Source: a virus
Taxonomy: Duplodnaviria > Heunggongvirae > Uroviricota > Caudoviricetes
Reading direction: 5' to 3' (one strand)
Virus record (IMG/VR): IMGVR_UViG_2909309443_000004
DNA length: 35,146 nt
The notes beneath the pieces are model-generated. The model saw nothing but the letters and a program-made list of their open reading frames with translations, was not told where the DNA came from and made no database searches. The position numbers and the translations under genes were made by a program. This document shows positions 1-8,130 of this stretch, piece by piece. How positions within the stretch are numbered: position 1 is the first letter of the stretch; each line of letters begins with the position of its first letter.

Positions 1-1251
1 GTGCTTACCGATACAAAATTAAAAAACCTCAAGCCGCAGGACAAACTGTACAAGGTCTCCGATCGTGACGGGCTGTATGTAGCTGTGCTTACGTCAGGCA
101 CGGTCTCGTTTCGCTATGACTACCGTATCAACGGTCGCCGCGAAACACTGGTAATCGGGCAGTATGGGCGTGACGGTATCAGCCTGGCAGAAGCGCGAGA
201 AGAACTGATTGCTGCAAAGAAGCTGCTTAAAGCAGGCCAGTCACCGGCTGCGGCTAAACGTGACGGTATCAAAAAGATTCGTGGTGCCGAGACGTTTGCG
301 GTACATACCGACAGTTATATGAAACACGTCATCCTGGCTGACAGTACCCGCGCAATGAAACAGGCGGTGATCGACCGTGACATACTTCCGGTTCTTGGCA
401 ATAAAATGATGGCTGAAATTACCACATCGATGGTTCGTGATTTGTGTGACCGGATTGTCGAACGCGGTGGCCGGGCAACAGCAGTGCAGGCCAGGGAGAT
501 CATCAGTAGCGTATACCGTCACGCCAATGACCGTGGTCATGGTTTGTTTAATCCTGCGGCTGACATTAAACCTTCGTCTATCGCCATATTTAAACCACGA
601 GAGCGAACACTGACACCAGAAGAAATTGGCCTGTTCTTCCGCACGCTGGATGCCATTGGTGCTATGGGCACTATGAAAATGGCTTTAAAACTGGTGCTTA
701 TCACTATGGTTCGTAAGGGCGAATTCACCAATGCAACGTGGGATGAAATAGATTTTAAAAAATGGACATGGACAATTCCTCCAGACCGCATGAAGGGAAG
801 CCGGGCGCACGTTATTTACCTGCCTAAACAGGCACAGGATATATTGGTCGGGTTGCAGATGTGCGCTGGTGGAAGTGAATATCTGGTTCCTGGTCGTTAC
901 AATTTCCGGAAGCCATTATCTAATGCCGCGCTGAACTCTCTGATCGACAGAACGGTGAAAATAATAAATGAAGATGGTGAGCATATTCAGGACTTCACTG
1001 TACATGATATGCGCCGTACAGCCAGTACGTTGTTGCATGAGGCTGGTTATCCTTCAGACTGGATTGAAAAGGCTCTGGCACATGAGCAGAAAGGTGTGCG
1101 CGCCGTATATAACAAAGCGGAATACGCCAGACAGCGCGCCTACATGTTGCAGCAGTGGGCCGATATGATTGATTCATGGATTGACGGGGAGCATACGGAT
1201 CTGATTCCGTTCTCCCCGTCGAAGTTTGAGAAGTGGATGGCGGGGGAATAA
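1..1251 (+). CDS. int: P4-type tyrosine integrase
   Basis: 416-aa ORF with GTG start at window pos 1. N-terminal arm-binding-type segment (LKNLKPQDKLYKVSDRDGLYV). C-terminal catalytic box with HDMRRT, LAHE and terminal Tyr (VRAVYNKAEY). Confidence 0.93.
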   Translation: MLTDTKLKNLKPQDKLYKVSDRDGLYVAVLTSGTVSFRYDYRINGRRETLVIGQYGRDGISLAEAREELIAAKKLLKAGQSPAAAKRDGIKKIRGAETFAVHTDSYMKHVILADSTRAMKQAVIDRDILPVLGNKMMAEITTSMVRDLCDRIVERGGRATAVQAREIISSVYRHANDRGHGLFNPAADIKPSSIAIFKPRERTLTPEEIGLFFRTLDAIGAMGTMKMALKLVLITMVRKGEFTNATWDEIDFKKWTWTIPPDRMKGSRAHVIYLPKQAQDILVGLQMCAGGSEYLVPGRYNFRKPLSNAALNSLIDRTVKIINEDGEHIQDFTVHDMRRTASTLLHEAGYPSDWIEKALAHEQKGVRAVYNKAEYARQRAYMLQQWADMIDSWIDGEHTDLIPFSPSKFEKWMAGE

Positions 1252-1254
1252 CGT

Positions 1255-1449
1255 TTAATAGTTCTGCTGATTTTCTTCCATCTCGGCTTCTGCTGCCAGT
1301 GATTCAATTTTATCTGCGAATATTGCTGACAGTGTTGCAAATTCAGCATCAGTGACAGCGGGAATTGGAACAAACCTGATCCCGCTGTGTGCAAGCATGT
1401 TTGCAGTTTCAAGGCATTTCCTTAAATCTGCTGGTGATGCCCGGTTCAT
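1255..1449 (-). CDS. small early protein (64 aa), DUF1382-like by eye
   Basis: ATG at 1449-1447 overlaps the TGA of the upstream methyltransferase gene (ATGA coupling). MNRASPADLRKCLETANMLAHSGIRFVPIP resembles small lambdoid b-region proteins. The longer 104-aa track ORF is an out-of-frame extension into the MTase gene. Confidence 0.55.
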   Translation of the reverse strand: MNRASPADLRKCLETANMLAHSGIRFVPIPAVTDAEFATLSAIFADKIESLAAEAEMEENQQNY

Positions 1450-2096
1450 GCTGCACGCTCCCGCCCCTGGTTGTCTGTTGGTGACAGCGGAGCATTGCTG
1501 AATGCATTTGTTAATCTGGCAATATCCAATGCGTATCCAGGGTGTAGTTGCACTGCCGGGTCTTCGCACTGATTACCCCAAACATCGAAGCCATGAGACG
1601 ACTGGCGGGCGAACAGTTCAATGCGAGAAACATCGCCTAACAATTGCACAAGTTTTTCACGAACGACATCTGGTTTTCTTGAATGCTCAAGCCGCGGTGC
1701 GGTAAATGACTGAACGATCCCTGCATTAATGCGCGGAGGTAGTTTTCCCTTTACTGCAAACAGGCAATCTTCACTATTGGCGCGAGTCATGTGTCCCATA
1801 CCCATAACCAGTTTATCTGGTTGTCGACTACCACATTTTATCCATGTGAAGCCCTTCATGGTCATCAGACGGAATCCCCAGGCTTCAACAACTTTTAGCG
1901 CTTCGAGTGGTTGTGTTGGCACCCACCACATGGCCAACAGACAGTTTTCATCGGCCAAATCCCACACAGGAAGGCGGCAGATATCCATCACACTCATAAC
2001 CGGATATTTAAAACCGGCACCGCGATTACCATCTGCGGCTTTGTCCCGGTATACCCAGGGTGGATCTGCATAGATTAGTGTGTATTTCTTAGTCAT
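1446..2096 (-). CDS. MT-A70 family DNA N6-adenine methyltransferase (orphan; no partner nuclease seen)
   Basis: 216-aa ORF with the DPPW catalytic motif near the N-terminus (LIYADPPWVY) and MT-A70-type core blocks (CLLAMWWVP, GFRLMTMKGFTW, EHSRKP). Confidence 0.88.
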   Translation of the reverse strand: MTKKYTLIYADPPWVYRDKAADGNRGAGFKYPVMSVMDICRLPVWDLADENCLLAMWWVPTQPLEALKVVEAWGFRLMTMKGFTWIKCGSRQPDKLVMGMGHMTRANSEDCLFAVKGKLPPRINAGIVQSFTAPRLEHSRKPDVVREKLVQLLGDVSRIELFARQSSHGFDVWGNQCEDPAVQLHPGYALDIARLTNAFSNAPLSPTDNQGRERAA

Positions 2097-2388
2097 AAAC
2101 CACCCCGCAACATCCTATACCGCTATAGTCGCCACGGCGAAGGCCGTTACCTTTTGTGATACATTGGTCCCTGCGAACCGCGATCCTTGCACGCTCAACA
2201 TCACCAGAAGCAACATCCATACACTGAAGCCAAAGGTGAGCGGCAATGCGGAACTGTCCTTTTTTCTCTCTTTCAATTGCGCGTTTTTCGATCTCTATCG
2301 CCGCAGGAGTAACGGCGACAATCTTTGACGGACTGCGCATTGAAACCTTGTTCATGTGATATTTTTCAAGTCGGCTTAACTTTCTCAC
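2089..2388 (-). CDS. PerC/Pch-like small transcriptional regulator
   Basis: 99-aa ORF, GTG start at 2388 or ATG at 2355. The core GQFRIAAHLWLQCMDVASGDVERARIAVRRDQC fits the PerC-family pattern as I remember it (G-x-W/F-R-x-A-A..W-L..D-x-E-R..R-R-x-x-C). 8-nt overlap with the MTase start. Confidence 0.5.
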   Translation of the reverse strand: MRKLSRLEKYHMNKVSMRSPSKIVAVTPAAIEIEKRAIEREKKGQFRIAAHLWLQCMDVASGDVERARIAVRRDQCITKGNGLRRGDYSGIGCCGVVYD

Positions 2389-2497
2389 TTAATCCAACCC
2401 TCTCTGAAAATTAATGCCAGCAGATAAAGCCATGCTGAAACAGAGGCCAGGAATAAGTACCATCCTGACCATTTGCTCCAGTGCCTTAGCAGCACAC

Positions 2498-2746
2498 TCA
2501 TGCAGCGTTGCTCACAGGACGATATACACGTTGCTGAACAGGAGGCTTTTTACCCTGGAACTCTGCCGGGCTTGCTGCCTGACGTTCATCAAGCCAACGC
2601 TCAACTTCATCACGGTTCCATGCGCAGCGTTTGTCAGTGATATACCAGCGTTTAGGAAATTCCCCTGCGCGCTCCATGCGGTCGATAGTGCTCCATGACA
2701 GTGGCACCACCGCCAGGAGTTCCTTCTTACCTAATGCACCTTTCAT
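2498..2746 (-). CDS. AlpA-family excisionase / regulator
   Basis: 82 aa with the AlpA-type winged-helix pattern LSWSTIDRMERAGEFPKRWYITDKRCAWNRDEVERWLDER. Position is between the recombination genes and int. Confidence 0.8.
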   Translation of the reverse strand: MKGALGKKELLAVVPLSWSTIDRMERAGEFPKRWYITDKRCAWNRDEVERWLDERQAASPAEFQGKKPPVQQRVYRPVSNAA

Positions 2747-2795
2747 AAATACCTCTCTTGGTTGCAGTGCGGCGCGCGTGGCGCCGCGGTGGTGG

Positions 2796-3737
2796 TTACA
2801 TAGATGTTTCGTTTAATTCTTCTCGACGAACGCTGTAAACGTCGGTGGCTTTTGCCAGCAGTTCGTCATCATCTGAAAGTTTTTGTGCAATGTATTTGTA
2901 AGCTTTATCCAGTTCGAAGACAGTGCTGTAATTCATCGCTGCGCTGGTAAAGGCCATCAGCATTTCTTCTGGATCACGGCTATCCGCTTTACGCGTTTGC
3001 TCATCAGGCTTTTTCACTTGTTTAGCGTTGATCAGACTGTTCATTCCCGCAGCAGTGGTCGTTTGCGGAGTAATGTCTCGCTCAACGCGCGGTGCCGTTT
3101 CCTGTAATTCGTCTGGTGTGTAGACGCCCATGATTACGTCAGGACAGTGCAGGCGAGACCAGCGTTTTGTCGCAAGGTATGCGAGTTGTTGTTTCGGATC
3201 ACTGGCCCAAAGTGTGGAGTTTCTTACCTGTGCTTGAGACAGCATTAACTCAAGCACTCGAGGTTGATCCTCGCCCTTCATGGTTGCCCATACGCGAACA
3301 CCGCAGCCTTCTTCGTCTTTTAGAGTCCAGCCTGGTGCGATATATGGATTGCCGTTTTTGGATGTTTTCTCAACAAACTTACCGATCACGCGTTCCCACG
3401 GCCCGAACCACTCGTAGTTGATGCGATCTTTTGTTGGCGACATCGTTGAGATAACTGCGTTTACTAATTGGGCTTCATAACCTAGCGTGCCGTTCACAAC
3501 ATGGGTTTTCTGAGCCACGGCAAACGGGTTCATTCCCCACTGCGCAGCCTGCATTGCCACGGCCATGCAATCAGCTGGTTTCCCGGCGAGGTGCGCCGGT
3601 ACCGTTACGCGGCTTTGCGCCATTACCTCGGCGAATTTCATCAGTTGGTTCAAGCCGTCTGGGCTGAAAATAGTTGCAGCAGTTCCAGCGATTGCTGTGT
3701 CTACTGGTGCGTTGATGTTTGCGATGTCGTTGCTCAT
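2796..3737 (-). CDS. recT: RecT-family single-strand annealing protein
   Basis: 313 aa from ATG 3737, which forms an ATGA overlap with the stop of the upstream exonuclease gene. RecT-like blocks AQWGMNPFAVAQKTHVVNGTLGYEAQLVNAVI and LAYLATKRWSRLHCPDVIMGVY. Confidence 0.82.
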   Translation of the reverse strand: MSNDIANINAPVDTAIAGTAATIFSPDGLNQLMKFAEVMAQSRVTVPAHLAGKPADCMAVAMQAAQWGMNPFAVAQKTHVVNGTLGYEAQLVNAVISTMSPTKDRINYEWFGPWERVIGKFVEKTSKNGNPYIAPGWTLKDEEGCGVRVWATMKGEDQPRVLELMLSQAQVRNSTLWASDPKQQLAYLATKRWSRLHCPDVIMGVYTPDELQETAPRVERDITPQTTTAAGMNSLINAKQVKKPDEQTRKADSRDPEEMLMAFTSAAMNYSTVFELDKAYKYIAQKLSDDDELLAKATDVYSVRREELNETSM

Positions 3738-4555
3738 ATGTACATATCCTGTTTGCGTGCCCACTCAGGGCGTTTAATGATTTCCACACCGCCCCATTCA
3801 TCATTGATGCGGCATTCGTGATAGGTATTCAGATCCCGGCGGAACAGAGCGTGCCCGGCATCGACATCCTGCGCATCCAGCTCGAACACGCGTACCGGAT
3901 ACCGACCACAATCAATGCTTTCGCTCACGGCAAGAAAGAAAAAACCATGCGGCTGACCAGTAACCCTCATTGCGCCTTCGCGGTACATTGCGTCCTGCAC
4001 GTGGTAGCGGAATTCCTCGATGTGGCGTGCAAAACGGTCCATATCTGCAACCTTTTTCACGTCGACGATTACGTTGTGCTCGTTCAGCCATTTGTCTGGA
4101 CGAATTCGGCACAACTCACCCGTCTCTTCATCGTTCCAGTACATTGATGCTTCGCAGTAACCAGGTGCTTCCAACATCCAGCGTGCCGCCGGATGAGCCA
4201 TTGCGCTATCACGCATCAGCTCCAGTTTTCGCCACTGCTCGACATCAAGTACCGTAATACCCATATCCGCCACATCACGAAGAAATGCTTCTTCGTCAGC
4301 TTTACCTTGTTTTGTCCGACGATCTAATTTCGGTGAAACGATGAAGCGTTTGTCGAATTCTCCAGGTTCCAGAAGCAGACAGTGCAATGCGGTTCCCATA
4401 TCCAGTGCAGACTTTTTCTCTTCGTCTTCTGGTGCTGCCTGAACCCATTTAAGAAGCGCCGGATTCTTGGCAACCATGTCCAGTTGCGACTTACTCACGC
4501 CGTCACCGGCGTGGTAGTCTTCGTTGCTGATGTCGAAATAAATTCCCGGTTTCAT
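3734..4555 (-). CDS. RecE-like PD-(D/E)XK exonuclease (DUF3799/YqaJ-type)
   Basis: 273 aa. N-terminal ISNEDYH..SKSQL, nuclease core with IRPD..IVDVKK, translationally coupled to recT. Confidence 0.78.
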   Translation of the reverse strand: MKPGIYFDISNEDYHAGDGVSKSQLDMVAKNPALLKWVQAAPEDEEKKSALDMGTALHCLLLEPGEFDKRFIVSPKLDRRTKQGKADEEAFLRDVADMGITVLDVEQWRKLELMRDSAMAHPAARWMLEAPGYCEASMYWNDEETGELCRIRPDKWLNEHNVIVDVKKVADMDRFARHIEEFRYHVQDAMYREGAMRVTGQPHGFFFLAVSESIDCGRYPVRVFELDAQDVDAGHALFRRDLNTYHECRINDEWGGVEIIKRPEWARKQDMYI

Positions 4556-4851
4556 GCCGCGTCCCTCTGCCCATCAAGCTGATCAGCCAGATCCCAGCGC
4601 GCGATAATTGCCATTGCCTCGCGCCGGTAGGCATCCATCAGTTCTTCGAACTCAGGGCTGTCTTTAGCTGCTTCCAGCACTTCCTGGCGAACTCCTTTGC
4701 CTGTTACAACGTCGAAAGTTGAGGCCAGTTGATGAAGCCGGATGGTCTCAATCAGTTCAACTTGTCGGTCATATAGCTGTTCTGACAGGCGGTAGTCCTT
4801 GTCGAATGCCAGCATGATTTTTTGAAGATTTTTCTGCTGATTAACGTTCAT
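4552..4851 (-). CDS. hypothetical early protein (99 aa)
   Basis: ATG at 4851 (MNVNQQKNLQ). Its stop overlaps the exonuclease start as ATGA. No family recognised. Confidence 0.6.
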   Translation of the reverse strand: MNVNQQKNLQKIMLAFDKDYRLSEQLYDRQVELIETIRLHQLASTFDVVTGKGVRQEVLEAAKDSPEFEELMDAYRREAMAIIARWDLADQLDGQRDAA

Positions 4852-4853
4852 TA

Positions 4854-5006
4854 TCAGCCCTCCCATATCTCGTTATCGTTGGCCACATCGCGAGCTTCTT
4901 TGCTGACGAAAGCCCACTTAATGCCTTCCTGTAAGGTGCGGAACTTCCAGCTCATGAATCCGCATGCAGTAACGCAGTACCAACCGTTGATGATTTTCCA
5001 CTGCAT
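4854..5006 (-). CDS. small hypothetical protein (50 aa), first gene of the leftward operon
   Basis: Hand-translated, below the ORF-track cutoff: MQWKIINGWYCVTACGFMSWKFRTLQEGIKWAFVSKEARDVANDNEIWEG. GAGG lies 8-11 nt upstream of the ATG at 5006. The stop is 2 nt before the next start. Confidence 0.4.
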   Translation of the reverse strand: MQWKIINGWYCVTACGFMSWKFRTLQEGIKWAFVSKEARDVANDNEIWEG

Positions 5007-5025
5007 AACTTGTTACCTCGGTCTG

Positions 5026-5102
5026 TTACCGTTGAGGTAATAATTATGCTTATTTGGTTTGGTGTCAATAGATATGAGTTAAAAAAATTACCCGTAAGGT
5101 AA
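5026..5102 (-). promoter_or_regulatory. leftward early promoter with two operator copies (OL-like)
   Basis: TTACCGTTGAGGTAA at 5026-5040 and TTACCCGTAAGGTAA at 5088-5102 flank a minus-strand -35 TTGACA (complement of 5063-5068). An AT-rich -10 region lies around 5041-5047. Confidence 0.65.
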
Positions 5103-5112
5103 TCTATCTGGC

Positions 5113-5139
5113 AATAAAAAAGCCGCCATGAGGCGGCTT
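5113..5139 (-). terminator. rho-independent terminator of the repressor gene
   Basis: Minus strand reads AAGCCGCC-TCAT-GGCGGCTT followed by TTTTATT, 20 nt after the repressor stop. Confidence 0.75.
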
Positions 5140-5159
5140 ACTTGCTGAAAACTATAGTT

Positions 5160-5744
5160 TTATTGTTTGCTTTTTTCGTTCTGGTTGATGACAAATTCAA
5201 TGTAACTTTCGATCTTTGCCTTCTCTGTTTCAGGTAACAATGCGTAGCGCGAGCGGTCATAGTTGATAGTCGCGGGGTCGTGCGGGTGAATCAGTAATTC
5301 ATATCCGTGACGCCCAAATGCGGATGCAACATTCTCCAGGGTGGAAATGGAAACGCTGACCTCATTGTTTAACAGGCGGCTGATTGTTACCTGGGCGACG
5401 CCGGATGCGCGGTGAAGTTTTCCCTGCGTTGAAAGGTCGCGGCTTTCGCTCATCCAGCGTTCCAGGTTGTGAGCCGCCAGTTGACCAATGTCGCTTGGTC
5501 CGACAGGCTGAAAACCTTCCTGAGAAAGCGAGCGATCGATATCAAGCCAGTTACGGGGTTTATTGGCGGCAGCTTCAATTTTTCGCGCAACCTGGTCGCC
5601 GATAACCTTCTTGCCAAGAGCCCAGCGGTTTACCAGATTTGCCTGAGTTCCAAGTTTTTCAGCCATCCGCGTCTGAACACCATTGAATTCACGGTCGATC
5701 AAGTCGTTGAGATTTTGCCTGCGGACGTCCTGGATACTTTTCAT
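5160..5744 (-). CDS. prophage repressor with two HTH domains and no S24 peptidase domain
   Basis: 194 aa. N-terminal XRE-type HTH (TRMAEKLGTQANLVNRWALGKK) and a second HTH (LHRASGVAQVTISRLLNNEVSVS). No Ala-Gly / Ser..Lys autocleavage module. Divergent from a Cro-like gene across a triple operator. Confidence 0.82.
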   Translation of the reverse strand: MKSIQDVRRQNLNDLIDREFNGVQTRMAEKLGTQANLVNRWALGKKVIGDQVARKIEAAANKPRNWLDIDRSLSQEGFQPVGPSDIGQLAAHNLERWMSESRDLSTQGKLHRASGVAQVTISRLLNNEVSVSISTLENVASAFGRHGYELLIHPHDPATINYDRSRYALLPETEKAKIESYIEFVINQNEKSKQ

Positions 5745-5799
5745 TTTCTGGAAAATCGCCTCATATCTGAATCAGAAGATGATTCAATTTAAAGCAATA

Positions 5800-5866
5800 T
5801 TACCCAACAGGTAAATGCACCTCATGGGTAACTATCCTTGATTTTTGTTACCTTATAGGTGAATAT
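5800..5866. promoter_or_regulatory. OR-like triple operator plus rightward promoter
   Basis: Operators: TTACCCAACAGGTAA (5800-5814), GCACCTCATGGGTAA (5817-5831, imperfect), TTACCTTATAGGTGA (5848-5862, one mismatch). Rightward promoter: TTGATT (5838-5843), 17-nt spacer, GAATAT (5861-5866), overlapping the third operator. Confidence 0.7.
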
Positions 5867-5898
5867 TTATTATCTGAAATAAATATCAGGCAATAGCT

Positions 5899-6129
5899 AT
5901 GAGCGATAACGGACATTTCGATTTCAAAAAGCACTGGCTTGCACTTACTCCGGATGAGCGTGAAGCCTTCGCACAGGAAGCCGGAACGACGAGTCACTAT
6001 ATCCAGACTCACTTAACAGGTAAGCGCAAAATGCCAGGTAAGGTATTGATGGATGGGCTTTTTAAAGCCTGTAAATCAAGACAATGGCTGCGCTCAAAAG
6101 CAGAACTGGCATACTTCTTCTACTCATGA
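5899..6129 (+). CDS. Cro-like / YdaS-type small HTH regulator
   Basis: 76 aa, divergent from the repressor. HTH-like segment EAFAQEAGTTSHYIQTHLTGKRK. Confidence 0.65.
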   Translation: MSDNGHFDFKKHWLALTPDEREAFAQEAGTTSHYIQTHLTGKRKMPGKVLMDGLFKACKSRQWLRSKAELAYFFYS

Positions 6130-6150
6130 TATCCAGCCACAACCCTCTGT

Positions 6151-6174
6151 AGACCGCCATCCGGCGGTCTTTTC
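6151..6174 (+). terminator. rho-independent terminator after the cro-like gene
   Basis: AGACCGCC-ATCC-GGCGGTCT followed by TTTC, 22 nt after the stop codon. Confidence 0.7.
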
Positions 6175-6184
6175 ATATCTATTC

Positions 6185-6199
6185 GTACCTCAAGGGTAA
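6185..6199. promoter_or_regulatory. operator-like site (one mismatch)
   Basis: GTACCTCAAGGGTAA lies directly after the terminator and ahead of the replication genes. No convincing -35/-10 found around it. Confidence 0.4.
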
Positions 6200-6279
6200 T
6201 AAAAAACCAAATATGGTTGATCTTTTTTTTGTGTCAGCACAAAATAACCGTAATCCCAATACTAATAACAGGGCTTACC

Positions 6280-6480
6280 ATGGAAATCATTACACGTATT
6301 GATGCCGCAAAGCGCGGACTTAAACGCTACTACACCGGAAAAACATGTAAGCACGGACATGACAGTGAACGCTGGGTTTACAACGGACACTGTGTTGAGT
6401 GCACCATGGAATCAAACCGTCGTATCAGGGCAGAGATTAAGCAGATCATGATTAATTCCTCCCCACAACATTCAAGCTGA
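6280..6480 (+). CDS. small Cys/His zinc-ribbon-type phage protein (66 aa)
   Basis: ATG at 6280 (MEIITRIDAAKRGLKRYYTGKTCKHGHDSERWVYNGHCVEC). The RYYTGK-x-C-x-HGH...C-x-x-C pattern recurs in phage early regions. The upstream part of the track ORF (6217) is hydrophobic read-through of a T-tract. Confidence 0.6.
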   Translation: MEIITRIDAAKRGLKRYYTGKTCKHGHDSERWVYNGHCVECTMESNRRIRAEIKQIMINSSPQHSS

Positions 6481-6495
6481 TAGCGGAGATTAATC

Positions 6496-7311
6496 ATGAG
6501 CAGACATGCAACAGATTGGGCCTGGGAGACAGATCCAGGTAGCTCGTCATTAAAGCTCATACTGCTCTCGATGGCTGACAGAGCCGATGAATATAACCTC
6601 TGCTACCCCAGCATAGAACGCCTCGTTAAAGACACTTGCCTGAATAAAAAAACCGTGCAGGCCGGACTTATATCGCTCATGAAAATGGGGCTTATTTCAG
6701 ATACCGGGGAGAGAAAGGGAGCGACAAAAAGAGTGCGGGTTTTCTCTCTTAATATAACCAAAAACGGGAACATTAAAGGCAACCGAGAGGGGGGCAATGA
6801 ACCCGAAAACGGTAATGTTACCGAAAACGGGAATATACCCAAAAACGGGATGTTGAATGATCCCAAAAACGGGATGTTGAATGATCCCAAAAACGGGATC
6901 CAGAACCAGTCATATAACCAGTCATTTAACCAAGAGAGGGAGAGCAGGACAAAAAACGGGGATTCTGTGCATCATGACCCCGGCGCAAACAACGCCGTGA
7001 TGAATAACTTTGTTCCTCCTGGTGGGCCAGGGCAATTAGGCAAATTTGTCATGCATGAACAATGGCAGCCATCAGATGACTTTCTTCGGAAAAGCTCATT
7101 GCAGGGGATCTACCTGGACAGTCTGCCAACGGCACAGGAACTTGCAGAGTTCAGAATTTACTGGATGGCTGAGGGTAAGGCATACCATCAGGCACAGTGG
7201 GAGCAGAAGCTGGCAAGGCGGCTGCAGATTAGCAGACAGAAGCAATCAACATTACCTGATAACAACGTTCCGCACTGGAACAGCCCTGAAGCATGGGAGG
7301 ATTTCTTGTGA
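6496..7311 (+). CDS. replication initiator (N-terminal HTH, internal iteron-encoded repeats, DnaT-like C-terminus)
   Basis: 271 aa. N-terminus LKLILLSMADRADEYNLCYPSIERLVKDTCLNKKTVQAGLISL. Central repeats ENGNVTENGNIPKNGMLNDPKNGMLNDPKNG. C-terminus WQPSDDFL..FRIYWMAEGKAYHQAQWEQKLARRLQ. Confidence 0.82.
   Translation: MSRHATDWAWETDPGSSSLKLILLSMADRADEYNLCYPSIERLVKDTCLNKKTVQAGLISLMKMGLISDTGERKGATKRVRVFSLNITKNGNIKGNREGGNEPENGNVTENGNIPKNGMLNDPKNGMLNDPKNGIQNQSYNQSFNQERESRTKNGDSVHHDPGANNAVMNNFVPPGGPGQLGKFVMHEQWQPSDDFLRKSSLQGIYLDSLPTAQELAEFRIYWMAEGKAYHQAQWEQKLARRLQISRQKQSTLPDNNVPHWNSPEAWEDFL
6757..6963 (+). repeat. origin-type iterons inside the initiator gene
   Basis: Seven copies of CC(A/G)AAAACGG(G/T)A at 6757, 6802, 6820, 6838, 6862, 6886 and 6948. 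These include a perfect 24-bp tandem duplication, CCCAAAAACGGGATGTTGAATGAT (6838-6861 and 6862-6885). Confidence 0.7.
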
Positions 7312-8093
7312 ACAACGTTTTTACCGCGATACAAAACCGTGACGGAGAAGCCCTTTCTCGCATGTCAGGTTATGAGCATCAGTACACCAACAATGACAAC
7401 GTAGTGAACATGTCAGCAGAGAGGCTTGTTGATGCCCTTTTCAAACAGTTGAAACAACTGTTTCCGGCGGCAGTGGTAACCAACCTGAAGACGCCAGAGC
7501 AGGAAGTTGCTGCAAAACAGCAGTGGATTGCTGCGTTTGCCGAAGGGGGGATCCGAACCCGTGAACAGGTTTCTGCTGGTATGCGCCACGCCCGCGCCAG
7601 TGAATCTCCGTTCTGGCCGTCGCCAGGGCAATTTATCAAGTGGTGTAAAGACAGCAAGATGGTTCTTGGCGTCACCATTGACGATGTGATGGCGGAGTTT
7701 CACCGGTACAGCAAGGAAAAAAGTTTATATCCTGGTGGTCCCGAAAGATTCCCGTGGCGGCATCCGGTTATGTACTGGGTCGTATGTGATACACGCCGTG
7801 CAATGTATCAGCGCCAGCTTAGCGAGATTGAGGTTGAGAAACACGCGCGCAGGCTGCTCGATGATTGGGCGAAAAAGGTGGCTTCCGGACAGCAGATACC
7901 CGATCCGGTGATCAGCATACAGGCAAAGCCAGAGCCCATGAGTACGCCTCCGGACACAGGGAGAGACGTTTACCATCCACCAGGGCGAAGTTTCGGGTGC
8001 ATGCCTAACGCCGCCACCCTTGGGGGAATAACACCGGCGCAGTGGCTGATGGAGGAATACAGGCGGGGAAAGGCGGCAGGATTTATCAAGTAA
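7308..8093 (+). CDS. lambda-P-like replicative helicase loader
   Basis: GTG at 7308 forms a GTGA overlap with the initiator stop, with GGAGG 6 nt upstream; alternative ATG at 7293. Collinear by eye with lambda P (QQWIAAFAEGGIRTREQVSAGMRHAR..FWPSPGQFIKWCK..SLYPGGPERFPWRHPVMYW). Confidence 0.85.
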   Translation: MNNVFTAIQNRDGEALSRMSGYEHQYTNNDNVVNMSAERLVDALFKQLKQLFPAAVVTNLKTPEQEVAAKQQWIAAFAEGGIRTREQVSAGMRHARASESPFWPSPGQFIKWCKDSKMVLGVTIDDVMAEFHRYSKEKSLYPGGPERFPWRHPVMYWVVCDTRRAMYQRQLSEIEVEKHARRLLDDWAKKVASGQQIPDPVISIQAKPEPMSTPPDTGRDVYHPPGRSFGCMPNAATLGGITPAQWLMEEYRRGKAAGFIK

Positions 8094-8098
8094 TACCA

Positions 8099-8118
8099 GC
8101 GCGATAGCGCATTTTTTT
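8099..8118 (+). terminator. weak hairpin plus T7 tract after the P-like gene
   Basis: GCGC-GATA-GCGC then ATTTTTTT. The short stem keeps confidence low. Confidence 0.35.
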
Positions 8119-8130
8119 ACGTCTATATGA

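Noticed and set aside
2389-2472. 27-aa hydrophobic minus-strand ORF (MVRMVLIPGLCFSMALSAGINFQRGLD) as a type I toxin-like peptide.
   Set aside because: It is too short, the GGAG lies only 3 nt from the ATG, and there is no antisense RNA signal I can see. It is left unannotated.
2769-2787. GC-rich hairpin GCGGCGC-GCGTG-GCGCCGC between recT and the xis-like gene as a terminator.
   Set aside because: No T-tract on either strand, and it sits inside a tightly packed operon. It may affect RNA stability, but a terminator call is not supportable.
6805-6822. GGTAATGTTACC as an additional repressor operator.
   Set aside because: The half-sites are in the reverse arrangement (GGTAA-N2-TTACC rather than TTACC-N5-GGTAA). 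The sequence lies inside the iteron array of the initiator gene.
6838-6899. Short tandem repeats as a possible CRISPR-like array or minisatellite.
   Set aside because: The repeats are contiguous with no spacers, in-frame and protein-coding. Origin iterons explain them better.
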